From Minisyncoccota bacterium (GTDB lineage: Bacteria; Patescibacteriota; Minisyncoccia; Phycocordibacterales; SBAW01), in assembly GCA_035549255.1 (NCBI GenBank), contig DASZRD010000009.1, forward strand, positions 49,071-113,070: a stretch of 64,000 nucleotides of DNA. The letters are read 5' to 3'. A program made the translations under genes and the position numbers. The notes beneath the pieces were generated by a model. The model saw nothing but the letters and a program-made list of their open reading frames with translations, was not told where the DNA came from and searched no databases. Shown here in pieces: positions 20,220 through 29,378 of this stretch; within the stretch, counting starts at the first letter, position 1; each line of letters begins with the position of its first letter.

Positions 20220-23200
20220 ATGCAGGGCAGGGCAGGGCGCATCATAAAAAAACCGATACAAAGATTCTTCGCGAGCATGCTTGTGCTCGCGCTTGTCGCG
20301 GAAGCCTACGCCCCGCTGCCAACCGTCCTAAAACTTCCTCTTTTTAAGGAAGGTACGGTGCACGCAAGTTCAACGATAGTTACTTACCTTACATCCGGTA
20401 CTTCCTGGACTGTACCTCTCGACTGGAACTCCGCGAGCAATACCATCGAAGTCATCGGCGGCGGTGGGGGTGGTGGTAATGGTGCAAGCGGAGTTGCTGG
20501 TGGCGGTGGAGGAGGTGGCGGCGCATATTCAAAAACCTCGAACCTTTCCTTGGTTCCCGGTAACAGTGTCGCCTATGGCATTGGGACTGGCGGTAGCGCC
20601 CAAACATCTGGCGGCGATACTTTTTTTAACAGAACCTCGGGTTCAGCTAATACTTGTGCAGACGTATCGTCTGTGTGTGCAAAAGGGGGTTCCGGTGCCA
20701 CGAGCGCGACTGGCGCAGGCGGCGGTTCATCTGGAAGCGGCCGAGGAAGCACATTGTATTCTGGTGGCACCGGCGGCACGGTCCCCAGCGGCGGCTCGAT
20801 GGGTGCCGGGGGCGGCGGGGCAGCAGGCCTTAACGGGGCGGGAAAAAACGGCGGCACACCTACCGGCGGCAACCCTGTGGGCGGTTCAGGCGGCGGCGGC
20901 GCTGATAACGGGGCTAATGGTGCTGCCAATACTACAACCACTGGTGGCGCAGGTGGGGCTAACTATCTTGGCTCTGGAGGTGGGTCTGGGGGTACTACGG
21001 GAGTTGGCGGCACAGGTAGTAACGGCGGTGGAGGCGGAGGTGGCGGAGCGGCTACCTCTAATACTTCTTTTGCTGGTGGTGCTGGCGGCGCGGGTATCGA
21101 GTGGGATGCATCACATGGTTCGGGAGGTGGAGCAGGCGGAGCTGCCATGAACGATACTGGCTCTACCGCTGCTACAAATGGCTCTACTGGAGGTCTATAT
21201 GGCGGCGGTGGATCTGGTGGCGCCGCGACCTCCCATGGTGGCTCGACCGGCGGCTCTGGCGCCCAGGGCCTCATCGTCATCACGTATACGCCGGTTGTTC
21301 AAATTTCAACGATCTTTCTTACTTCCGGCACATCCTGGACCGTACCGAACGATTGGAATTCGTCTAATAATACTGTCGAAGTCATCGGCGGCGGTGGCAG
21401 TGGTGGTGCCGCTAAGAATAATGGTGTTAGTTCGGGATCCGGTGGTGGTGGTGGCGGCTATGCAAAAATAACGAATCTAAATCTTACTCCCGGGACTTTG
21501 GTTACTTATCAAGTTGGGGCTGGCGGTACTGCAGTTACTGCCACTGCCGGAAGCGGAAGCGCAGCTGATGTACCAGGGAATAATGGTACAGCCTCATACT
21601 TTAATGGCACGTCTGCCGCTGCTTCAAGTGTCGCAGCAAATGGCGGATCGGGGGGAGGAGCAATCGGCACCTCAGGATCTCTTAGCGGAGGTGCGGGTGG
21701 CACTGTCGTTGTTGGTTCGGGGTATAGTGGAGGCGCCGGGGGTTTAATAAGTGGTAGCGGTTCAAGTGCTCGCGGTACCGGCGGCGGCGGCGCAGGAGGA
21801 TCAAATGGAGCTGGAAATTCGGGTGCGACTTTGTCGGCTACAGGTGCAAGCGATGGGGGTTCCGGCGACGCCGGCTTCGGCGGTTCTTCGACGGGGACAG
21901 CGGGGGCCTTAAATAATACTGCTAGTTCTGGCGGCAACGGGACCGAATGGAATTCTGCGCCCGCGTATGGTGCTGGTGGCGGTGGCGGCGGAGCATATGC
22001 GACTGGGGTAGCTTCTATTGCTGGTGGTGATGGAGGCACCTATGGTGCGGGTAGCGGTGGAGCGGCAAACGATAGAAATTCTTCCGGCTCGGCAACATCT
22101 GGTGCCGGACAACCGGGCATCATCGTCATCACGTATACGTCCTATGTTCCACCCTCCCGCATCATCCGCCTCTTCGGCTCGTATACAAGCGCGCCGATGC
22201 ATATTTACCTTACGACGACCGGCTCGGGCACGTGGACGGTCCCGAGCGACTTTACTTCCAACGGCAGCAGTATCGAAGTCATCGGAGCCGGCGGAGGTAC
22301 GGCAAATACCAACGGCCCCTGCTGCGGCTACGGAGCATACGGGAGCGGCGGCGGCGCATATTCTGAAATTTCGAATGTCTCGCTTACGCCGGGCACTACG
22401 GTCGGCATTAATGTCCCGGCCGGAGGAGCCCCCGGCAGCAGCGGCGGGGATACGTGGCTGTGCAGCTCAACTTCGGGATGTTCATCAATAACTGATACGA
22501 ATGTCATTGTTGGCGCCAAGGGCGGCACAGTGGGGAATCAATCATCGGGCTTAGGTGGCGCATATACATCTGGTGTAGGCACCATAAGATATTCCGGCGG
22601 CAACGGCGGCGTGGGTATCGACACGAATGGCAGCGGCGGCGTCGATTATGCCGGCGGCGGAGGCGGCGCGGGAGGGCCGAACGGCAATGGCGCAAATGGA
22701 GGCAATGGTAGCAGCCTTTCAGAATTCGCTGGCGGCGGCGGTGGCAACGGCGGAGGGTCTGCAGGCCAAGCAGCTTCAACCATAGCGGGAGGCAGTGGCG
22801 GTAATAACTCTCTTGGTTCGGGAGCCGGGGCCGGAGGCAGCAGCAGCAACTCCAATACCTGCAGCGCAGGTACAAATGGCGGTGGTGGTGGCGGAGGCGA
22901 TGGAGGCGCTGGCTGTACTGGCGGTAATGGTACAGAGTGGGACGCCTCTCATGGCTCCGGAGGCGGAGGCGGAGGCGGTTCGACAGGCGGGAACGGCGGT
23001 ACCTATGGCGGCGGGGCAGGTTCTTCAGGCACTACTCCTACCGCAACAGGCGGTCAGGGCATCATTGTCATCACGTACTCACGGCCCAATGTGCGGACAT
23101 TGCGGATTATAGGAGGCGCTGCGCAGCAAATCCTTGGGGGTACTAAGCAAGTAGTTCTTTCGGCCAATCCCGGAGGCGGAAATCAGACATGGATCGTGCC

Positions 23201-24164
23201 AGGAGACTTCAGCTCCCTCATCAAAGTTGAGTGTATTGGGTCTGGAGGGCATGGAGGACAAGGGAATGCTAGTAATGCCGGGGGTGGTGGCGGCGGCGGT
23301 GGAGCTTATGCGTCAACCACGGCGGTTACTGGCCTTACTCCCGGTGCCTCGATATTGTATGCCGTGGGCGCATCAGCAACAACGACTTCGGCAACGAACC
23401 CAGTCGCTAATGCTCGAGAAACGTACTTTAATGGCACCGCATCTTCTACTGCAGCGCTTACCTGTGATTGGGGAAGAATGGGTGGTGTTCCGACAGGCGG
23501 TATTGCAGGCTCGACCGCTTTCTCTGTTCCTTCCTCGAATTCTTCAACGGGCGGTTCTTATGCTGGCGGCTCTGGCGGTGGCGGTTCGAGTGGAACTACG
23601 GGTGGCGGTGGCGGTGGCGGTGGAAGCGCGGGTCCTATTGGAATAGGAAAGTCAGGTGGCACCGCTCAAACCTTAACTAACTTAGGAAGTGCCGGCGGCG
23701 GCGGGGGTTCTAATGGCGGCTCTTCAACTGCTGGGGGTTCACCAAGTTCGGGCGGTCCTGGTGGCAATGGTGGTAATAACACTTCTGGTACAGGAGGTGG
23801 TAGTGGGACGGCAGCATCAATGGGGGGCGCAAGTGCTAGTGCTACGGACGGTTCTAACGGCGGCGGCGGCGGCGGTTCAGGTGGTGCGAATACTACATCT
23901 GGTGCAGGTGGTAGTGGTTCATGCGATACGACTCTTGATGGTAGTACGAGTGGCGCGTGCGGCGGCGGCGGCGGCTCAGGATTCCCAAACGGAGGTACCC
24001 CCGGCCAGCCGGGTGCTGGAGGCGCCTTCGGCGGCGGCGGCGGCGGCGCGAGTTCTCAGATATCACCTCTTGTTCCTGGAGCATCAGGGGGTCAAGGCAT
24101 CATTGTAATTACCTACTCGTCCATTAGTTACCGCCCCGTCATCAAGCTGTATCAATCGCAATAA
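20220..24164 (+). CDS. Secreted glycine-rich protein with four glycine-rich domains
   Basis: Signal-like N-terminus. Four units that begin W(T/I)VPxD(W/F)..(I/V)E(V/C)IGxGG and end GxxG(I/L)IVITY, with poly-Gly tracts between. Confidence 0.85.
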   Translation: MQGRAGRIIKKPIQRFFASMLVLALVAEAYAPLPTVLKLPLFKEGTVHASSTIVTYLTSGTSWTVPLDWNSASNTIEVIGGGGGGGNGASGVAGGGGGGGGAYSKTSNLSLVPGNSVAYGIGTGGSAQTSGGDTFFNRTSGSANTCADVSSVCAKGGSGATSATGAGGGSSGSGRGSTLYSGGTGGTVPSGGSMGAGGGGAAGLNGAGKNGGTPTGGNPVGGSGGGGADNGANGAANTTTTGGAGGANYLGSGGGSGGTTGVGGTGSNGGGGGGGGAATSNTSFAGGAGGAGIEWDASHGSGGGAGGAAMNDTGSTAATNGSTGGLYGGGGSGGAATSHGGSTGGSGAQGLIVITYTPVVQISTIFLTSGTSWTVPNDWNSSNNTVEVIGGGGSGGAAKNNGVSSGSGGGGGGYAKITNLNLTPGTLVTYQVGAGGTAVTATAGSGSAADVPGNNGTASYFNGTSAAASSVAANGGSGGGAIGTSGSLSGGAGGTVVVGSGYSGGAGGLISGSGSSARGTGGGGAGGSNGAGNSGATLSATGASDGGSGDAGFGGSSTGTAGALNNTASSGGNGTEWNSAPAYGAGGGGGGAYATGVASIAGGDGGTYGAGSGGAANDRNSSGSATSGAGQPGIIVITYTSYVPPSRIIRLFGSYTSAPMHIYLTTTGSGTWTVPSDFTSNGSSIEVIGAGGGTANTNGPCCGYGAYGSGGGAYSEISNVSLTPGTTVGINVPAGGAPGSSGGDTWLCSSTSGCSSITDTNVIVGAKGGTVGNQSSGLGGAYTSGVGTIRYSGGNGGVGIDTNGSGGVDYAGGGGGAGGPNGNGANGGNGSSLSEFAGGGGGNGGGSAGQAASTIAGGSGGNNSLGSGAGAGGSSSNSNTCSAGTNGGGGGGGDGGAGCTGGNGTEWDASHGSGGGGGGGSTGGNGGTYGGGAGSSGTTPTATGGQGIIVITYSRPNVRTLRIIGGAAQQILGGTKQVVLSANPGGGNQTWIVPGDFSSLIKVECIGSGGHGGQGNASNAGGGGGGGGAYASTTAVTGLTPGASILYAVGASATTTSATNPVANARETYFNGTASSTAALTCDWGRMGGVPTGGIAGSTAFSVPSSNSSTGGSYAGGSGGGGSSGTTGGGGGGGGSAGPIGIGKSGGTAQTLTNLGSAGGGGGSNGGSSTAGGSPSSGGPGGNGGNNTSGTGGGSGTAASMGGASASATDGSNGGGGGGSGGANTTSGAGGSGSCDTTLDGSTSGACGGGGGSGFPNGGTPGQPGAGGAFGGGGGGASSQISPLVPGASGGQGIIVITYSSISYRPVIKLYQSQ

Positions 24165-24166
24165 CT

Positions 24167-24733
24167 ATGTCGCGCACGCAACGAGCAATCATTCGCATCA
24201 TAGTGACGCTTCTTGGCATAGGCATTGTCGTTGCCGCTTTGTGGTACGGCATCCAATTTTTTACGCATCACAGCAGTTCAAATACAAATGTTCCGTTCGG
24301 CCAGATGACGACGCCGCCCGTGCAGCAGGCGCCCGCCGGGTACAAGGAATATCACAGTGATTTGTATCGCTTCTCGATCATCTATCCGGATGACCTAGCC
24401 TTTTTAGCCTATCCTGAAGCTGCGGGCGGTGGGACATTCACCTTCGAGAACGACAGCCAGGGTCGTGGCTTTCAGGTCTATGTAACGCCATTTCAGGGCT
24501 CGCAGATCACCGACGAACGCTTCAAGGCTGACGACCCCTCCGGCGTGCGCGACAATTTGCAGAATATCACCGTCGATGGCGCCGTCGGCGCGTCATTCTA
24601 TGGCAAGGACAAGGCGCTCGGCGACACGGCCGAGATCTGGTTCCTCCGTGAGGGCTACTTGTATGAAGTCACCACGCTCAAGGCGACCGCCGACCTCTTG
24701 ACCTCGGTCATGCAGACGTGGAAGTTCTACTAG
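24167..24733 (+). CDS. Membrane-anchored PsbP-like hypothetical protein (paralog 1)
   Basis: N-terminal TM. Motifs EYHSDLYRFSIIYPD, ITVDGAVG, GYLYEVT and MQTWKFY match the PsbP-like pattern. Clear paralog of 27605..28174. Confidence 0.75.
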   Translation: MSRTQRAIIRIIVTLLGIGIVVAALWYGIQFFTHHSSSNTNVPFGQMTTPPVQQAPAGYKEYHSDLYRFSIIYPDDLAFLAYPEAAGGGTFTFENDSQGRGFQVYVTPFQGSQITDERFKADDPSGVRDNLQNITVDGAVGASFYGKDKALGDTAEIWFLREGYLYEVTTLKATADLLTSVMQTWKFY

Positions 24734-24764
24734 CGCTCCGCTCGTGCGATACTAAAGGGACGTC

Positions 24765-27608
24765 ATGCAGGGCAGGAGACAGACAGTCTTTCATATTCTA
24801 AAAAGAGCATCGGCTGGTTTTCTTATCAGCGCGCTTATACTTGCGGCGTATGTCTCGATCCCAGGCATAGCGCCGCTCCCAAGCGCCTACGCAGCGGTTT
24901 GTGCCGGCGGCACGTACTCCGGCGGCATTTGCACTATTATGCTCACCTCCGGCAGCACCTGGACGGTGCCGAGCGATTGGGGTTCTCCTAATACTATCGA
25001 AGCAATCGGTGGTGGCGGAGGCGGAGGCGGAGGAGGCCGCGGGGGCGGGGGCGGGGGCGCAGCTGCTTTGATATCGAATCAATCGCTTACTCCTGGTACG
25101 ACGCTTGGTATAAATATAGGCGCGGCCGGTGCAGCTGGCGGAACGAACACTGACGGAGGTACTGGTGGCGATACGTGGCTCTGTAGTTCGACTTCGAGCT
25201 GCAGCTCGATTTCCGACACGAATGTTATCGTCGGTGCTAAGGGCGGCTCCGGTTCATCAAGCACTTCCGGCGGCGCAGGGGGTGTCGGCTCGAGCGGCGT
25301 TGGAGCGACAAAGAACTCTGGTGGTGCGGGTGGTAATGCAACCACTACTGGTACGTACAAAGGTGGCGGTGGTGGCGGTGGCGTGGGGGGCCTCGGCGGC
25401 GTGGGCGGTACTGGCGGCGCAGGTAATGGCGGTGGCGGTGGCGGTGGCGGTGCCGCTCTGGGCGGCATAGGCGGTATTGGTGGTGCCGGAGGTTTTGGCG
25501 GCTCCGGTGGTGGCGGAGGTGGTGGCGGTTCTGGAGGTATGAATGGTGGGCAGGGAGGTGCTGGTGGAAGAGGACCTAATAATGATGGCGGTGGCGGGGG
25601 CGGTGGCGGCATCGGAAGCAGCAGTGGTTCTGGAGGTAATGGCGGTATTGGAGGCGATTCGGGTGGCGGTGGCGGTGGCGGTGGCGGCGCTGCAGTTGGT
25701 GGTTCCGGAGGCAATGGTGGCGATGCTGCTGCTTTTGGCGGCTCTGGCGGCGGCGGCGGCTCCGGTGGACCTGGTGGCGGTGCTGGCGGTGCTGGCGGCG
25801 GTGGGGCAAGTTTTGAGCCTTTTGGCGGTGGCGGCGGAGGCATAGGAGGTACTGGTGGCACCGGTGGAGTTGGAGGGACTGCAAATACTCAATCTGCTGG
25901 CGGTGGCGGCGGTGCAGCTTCTTCAGGCGGTGCAGGCGGTGCGGGTGGTGCGGGTGGCACTAGCGGTATTGGCGGTGGCGGTGGCGGCCAGGGTGGTTCT
26001 GGCGCTGGTGGCGGTAGCGGTGCTACTGGCGCACAAAACGGCGGTGGTGGTGGCGGTGGTGGTTCGTCAGGCGCTGGCGGTAATTCAACTTCTTCAACGG
26101 GAGGCGCAGGAGGTTCCGGCGGTGGCGGCGCGGGTGGCACTGGCAATACAAATCCTGGTGGTAATGGCAGTGATGCTATTGGCCAAGGCGGCGGAGGTGG
26201 CGGTGGCGGTAATAATACTGGTAGTGGTACCGGAGGTACCGGAGGTAATAGTGGCGGCGCAGGTGGAGCAAGTCAAAGCAGTAGTTGCGGTGGTGGCGGA
26301 GGTGGTGCAGGCCCTGGCGGAGGCGGAGGTGGAGGATGTGTGATAGGCGGCGCAGGTAGTGCGGGACCTAGTACAACTGGCGGTGGCGGAGGTGGTGGTA
26401 GTTTCGGTTCAGGTGTTGGGGGCGGCAGAGGGGGTAATTCTGGTGGTTCTGGTGGTATTGGTAATGGCGGTGGCGGTGGCGGTGGCCAAGGCGGTGGCGG
26501 TGGCGGTGGTTATAACGGCGGCGGCGCGGGAAGTAGCGGCCCTGGATCAAGCGGCGGCGGCGGAGGTGGCGGCGAGGAAGCTACTCCGGGTGGTGCTGGT
26601 GGAAATAGCGGCGGTGCAGGCGCGAATTATGGCGGTGGCGGTGGCGGTGGCCAAGGCGGTGGCGGTGGCGGTGGCGCAGCAGGTAATGATGGCAGTGGGG
26701 CTATTGGCAGTACTCCTGGCGGCGGCGGAGGTGGTGGAAGCCTTAATTCTTCCATACTAGAAGCTGGTGCCGCAGGCGGCCAAGGGGAAATAATCATTAC
26801 GTATACTCCGCTCGTTCGCGCTCGCACCATTCTTCTTTTCGGTTCGATAACGGGTGGCGTGACGCCCATCCGCTCTTTGCGCGTGATTGGTTCGGGTGGT
26901 ATCTCTCATGCCCAAAAAACAGTCACTCAAAACTACGATGCGCAGGTCGATACTTCGCAGTCAGTATTTGGTGGTGGAAGCGCGCTCTTTGACGGCACCA
27001 ACGACAACCTCCAGCTCGACAGCAGCCCGGATTTTACCTTTGGCACCGGCGACTTCACGATAGATTTCTGGATGCGGCCCAACGTCGTCAATACCGACAT
27101 GGTGCTCTACGACGGCCGGCCGGCCGGCACCAACGGCGCCTACCCGACCATCTATCTCAGCAATACCAACCACATCTCATACCTTGCAAACAACGCCACC
27201 AGGATCACCGGCACTACCAACATCGCGGCCGGCACCTGGTACCATGTCGCTCTTGCGCGTAGCGGCACGGCGACCAAACTATTTCTCAACGGGGTGCAAG
27301 AGGGCTCGACGTATACCGACAGCACGAATTATCTGCCCATGGACACGACGCCGGGGCTGTCGCGACCGCTCATCGGCATACGGTCGACCGACCTCTTGAG
27401 CGGTTTCAACGGCTGGATTGACGAGCTGCGCGTGAGCAAGGGCATCGCCCGCTGGACAACCACGTTTACTCCGCCAAGCGCTGCCTATGTGCCCGATGCG
27501 TATACCGTACTTCTTTTGCATATGGATGGCACCGATGGCCAAGAGACATTTACCGATGCTACTGGAAATCTTCTTAACCGCCAGATAATCATTTATCCTC
27601 TGCAATGA
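24765..27608 (+). CDS. Secreted glycine-rich protein with C-terminal LamG/ConA-like domain
   Basis: Signal-like N-terminus and one greatly expanded Gly-rich domain. LamG-like FGTGDFTIDFW...WYHVALAR...FNGWIDELRVSKG...TVLLLHMDG. Confidence 0.85.
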   Translation: MQGRRQTVFHILKRASAGFLISALILAAYVSIPGIAPLPSAYAAVCAGGTYSGGICTIMLTSGSTWTVPSDWGSPNTIEAIGGGGGGGGGGRGGGGGGAAALISNQSLTPGTTLGINIGAAGAAGGTNTDGGTGGDTWLCSSTSSCSSISDTNVIVGAKGGSGSSSTSGGAGGVGSSGVGATKNSGGAGGNATTTGTYKGGGGGGGVGGLGGVGGTGGAGNGGGGGGGGAALGGIGGIGGAGGFGGSGGGGGGGGSGGMNGGQGGAGGRGPNNDGGGGGGGGIGSSSGSGGNGGIGGDSGGGGGGGGGAAVGGSGGNGGDAAAFGGSGGGGGSGGPGGGAGGAGGGGASFEPFGGGGGGIGGTGGTGGVGGTANTQSAGGGGGAASSGGAGGAGGAGGTSGIGGGGGGQGGSGAGGGSGATGAQNGGGGGGGGSSGAGGNSTSSTGGAGGSGGGGAGGTGNTNPGGNGSDAIGQGGGGGGGGNNTGSGTGGTGGNSGGAGGASQSSSCGGGGGGAGPGGGGGGGCVIGGAGSAGPSTTGGGGGGGSFGSGVGGGRGGNSGGSGGIGNGGGGGGGQGGGGGGGYNGGGAGSSGPGSSGGGGGGGEEATPGGAGGNSGGAGANYGGGGGGGQGGGGGGGAAGNDGSGAIGSTPGGGGGGGSLNSSILEAGAAGGQGEIIITYTPLVRARTILLFGSITGGVTPIRSLRVIGSGGISHAQKTVTQNYDAQVDTSQSVFGGGSALFDGTNDNLQLDSSPDFTFGTGDFTIDFWMRPNVVNTDMVLYDGRPAGTNGAYPTIYLSNTNHISYLANNATRITGTTNIAAGTWYHVALARSGTATKLFLNGVQEGSTYTDSTNYLPMDTTPGLSRPLIGIRSTDLLSGFNGWIDELRVSKGIARWTTTFTPPSAAYVPDAYTVLLLHMDGTDGQETFTDATGNLLNRQIIIYPLQ

Positions 27609-28174
27609 GAAAGCTCGTTCTAATTTCTGTAGGAGTTTTTACGGTAGCTATATTAGGCCTGCTTGGTGTCTGGTATATGCAATCTCCGGCGATTTCATCT
27701 GTCGCAATAGATCTAGGCACTTCTTCAGGGGCGTCTTCCACAGTCCCGTCAACTACTCCGCTCGTGCGCGACGTGCCTGCGGGCCAGAACGAGTATCATA
27801 ATGACGCCTATCACTTCTCTGTGCTCTATCCGGACAACCTCAAAGTTGCCGAGCAAGACAATGGCGCAAGCGCGACGTTCACCTTCGAGGATGATAAAAA
27901 CGTGCAGGGCTTCCAGCTTTTCGTGCAGCCGTTCTCGGGCACGCAGATAACTGATGCGCAATTTAAACAGGACGATCCGTCCGGGGTGCGCGACGACCCG
28001 CAGAACTTCACGCTCGACGGCGCTTCTGGCGTGGCCTTCTATAGCCAGGATCATTTGCTCGGAGACACGCGCGAGATGTGGTTCATTCGTGGCGGCTTCC
28101 TTTATGAGGTGACGACCTTCAAAGAGCAGGCTGACTGGCTCGACCAGATCATGCAGACGTGGAAATTCTATTAG
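27605..28174 (+). CDS. Membrane-anchored PsbP-like hypothetical protein (paralog 2)
   Basis: Shares YHxxxYxFSxxYPD, GFQ, ITDxxFKxDDPSGVRD, LGDT and MQTWKFY with 24167..24733. Overlaps the upstream stop (ATGA). Confidence 0.75.
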   Translation: MRKLVLISVGVFTVAILGLLGVWYMQSPAISSVAIDLGTSSGASSTVPSTTPLVRDVPAGQNEYHNDAYHFSVLYPDNLKVAEQDNGASATFTFEDDKNVQGFQLFVQPFSGTQITDAQFKQDDPSGVRDDPQNFTLDGASGVAFYSQDHLLGDTREMWFIRGGFLYEVTTFKEQADWLDQIMQTWKFY

Positions 28175-28203
28175 CAGTTTAAAATTGGCGGTATACTACT
28201 AGT

Positions 28204-29220
28204 ATGGCAGTACGCGTAGCAATCAACGGCTTTGGGCGCATCGGGCGCGCATTCCTGCGCGCATCGTGGGGCGACCCGGATGTCGAGGTTGTCGCGGTCA
28301 ATGACTTGGGCGACATCGGCAACCTCGCGTACCTCCTCCAATACGACAGCGTGTACCGTACATTTAGCCAAAAAGTTTCGGTAGAGAATGGCCAGCTCGT
28401 CGTCGGTGGCAAGCAAATCCATGTCACAGCAGAGAAAGATCCGACCAAATTGCCATGGAGCTCGCTCAACATCGATGTCGCAGTCGAGTCGACCGGCGTA
28501 TTCGACAGCTACGAGAAGGCGAGCGCGCATCTCACTGCCGGCGCCAAGCACGTAGTTATCTCGGCGCCGGTCAAGGACGAGCTTGCGGGCGCCGGGACTG
28601 TGCTCATGGGCGTCAATGAGGAAAGATTGAGCGTCTGTCAGGTGACCTCCAACGCATCGTGCACGACCAACTCCGTCTCGCCCGTTATCGCGATCCTCGA
28701 CGAGAAGCTCGGCATCGAGAAGGCGCTTCTTAATACGACGCATGCCTACACTGCGACGCAGTCGATCGTCGACTCTCCGGTCAAGGGCAGCGATTACCGT
28801 CGCGGCCGGGCCGCGGCGCAGAACATGAGCCCATCCTCGACCGGCGCCGCAATCGCTGTCACCAAAGCGTACGAGCAGTTGACGGGAAAATTTGATGGCA
28901 TCTCGATCCGCGTGCCGGTTGTCGCAGGCTCGATCGCCGACGTTACCTTTATCGCCAAGCGCGACACGACTGCCGAGGAGGTGAACAAGATTTTGGAGGA
29001 CGCCGCCAAGGAAGAGCGCTGGCAGGGGATATTCGATGCCACGCACGAGCAGCTCGTCTCGGGCGACATTATCAGCAACCCGCACGCGAGCATTGCCGAC
29101 CTCGGCATGACGCGCGTTGTCGGCGGCAACCTGGTGAAGGTCCTCGCCTGGTACGACAACGAGTGGGGCTATACGCAGACGCTCGTCAGGCACGTCAAGA
29201 AAGCCGGCGGTAAAGCTTAA
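28204..29220 (+). CDS. gap: Glyceraldehyde-3-phosphate dehydrogenase, type I
   Basis: AINGFGRIGR, active-site ASCTTN, WYDNEWGY. Confidence 0.98.
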   Translation: MAVRVAINGFGRIGRAFLRASWGDPDVEVVAVNDLGDIGNLAYLLQYDSVYRTFSQKVSVENGQLVVGGKQIHVTAEKDPTKLPWSSLNIDVAVESTGVFDSYEKASAHLTAGAKHVVISAPVKDELAGAGTVLMGVNEERLSVCQVTSNASCTTNSVSPVIAILDEKLGIEKALLNTTHAYTATQSIVDSPVKGSDYRRGRAAAQNMSPSSTGAAIAVTKAYEQLTGKFDGISIRVPVVAGSIADVTFIAKRDTTAEEVNKILEDAAKEERWQGIFDATHEQLVSGDIISNPHASIADLGMTRVVGGNLVKVLAWYDNEWGYTQTLVRHVKKAGGKA

Positions 29221-29250
29221 AATAAGGCTCTTTCCGCTAGAAGTGGCTCA

Positions 29251-29279
29251 TTGTACATTCATGAAAACCAGGCTATAGT
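29251..29279 (+). promoter_or_regulatory. Sigma70-like promoter with no downstream plus-strand CDS
   Basis: TTGTAC (29251-29256), 17-bp spacer, TATAGT (29274-29279). Confidence 0.6.
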
Positions 29280-29285
29280 ACCTAT

Positions 29286-29374
29286 TGTGCTTGTTGGGCC
29301 GTCAGGCCTATCGACCAATAAAGAGTGTCGAAAGCAGGCACGCCAAAAAACGCCACCTTCGGGTGGCGTTTTTT
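29286..29374 (+). ncRNA. Candidate structured small RNA (three-way junction plus terminator)
   Basis: Outer stem 29287-29295/29333-29341 encloses hairpins GGGCC-GTCA-GGCCT and TCGAC-11nt-GTCGA. Lies between a promoter and a terminator. Family not recognised. Confidence 0.5.
29345..29374. terminator. Bidirectional intrinsic terminator
   Basis: AAAAAACGCCACC-TTCG-GGTGGCGTTTTTT (cUUCGg loop, A/T tracts on both sides). Confidence 0.85.
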
Positions 29375-29378
29375 GTGT

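Noticed and set aside
20573-26869. Proline-rich minus-strand ORFs (e.g. 25079..25861)
   Set aside because: Antisense shadows of poly-Gly codons.
1-28174. Prophage tail region
   Set aside because: No capsid, terminase, portal or integrase genes; the flanking proteins have signal peptides or TM anchors typical of cell-surface proteins.
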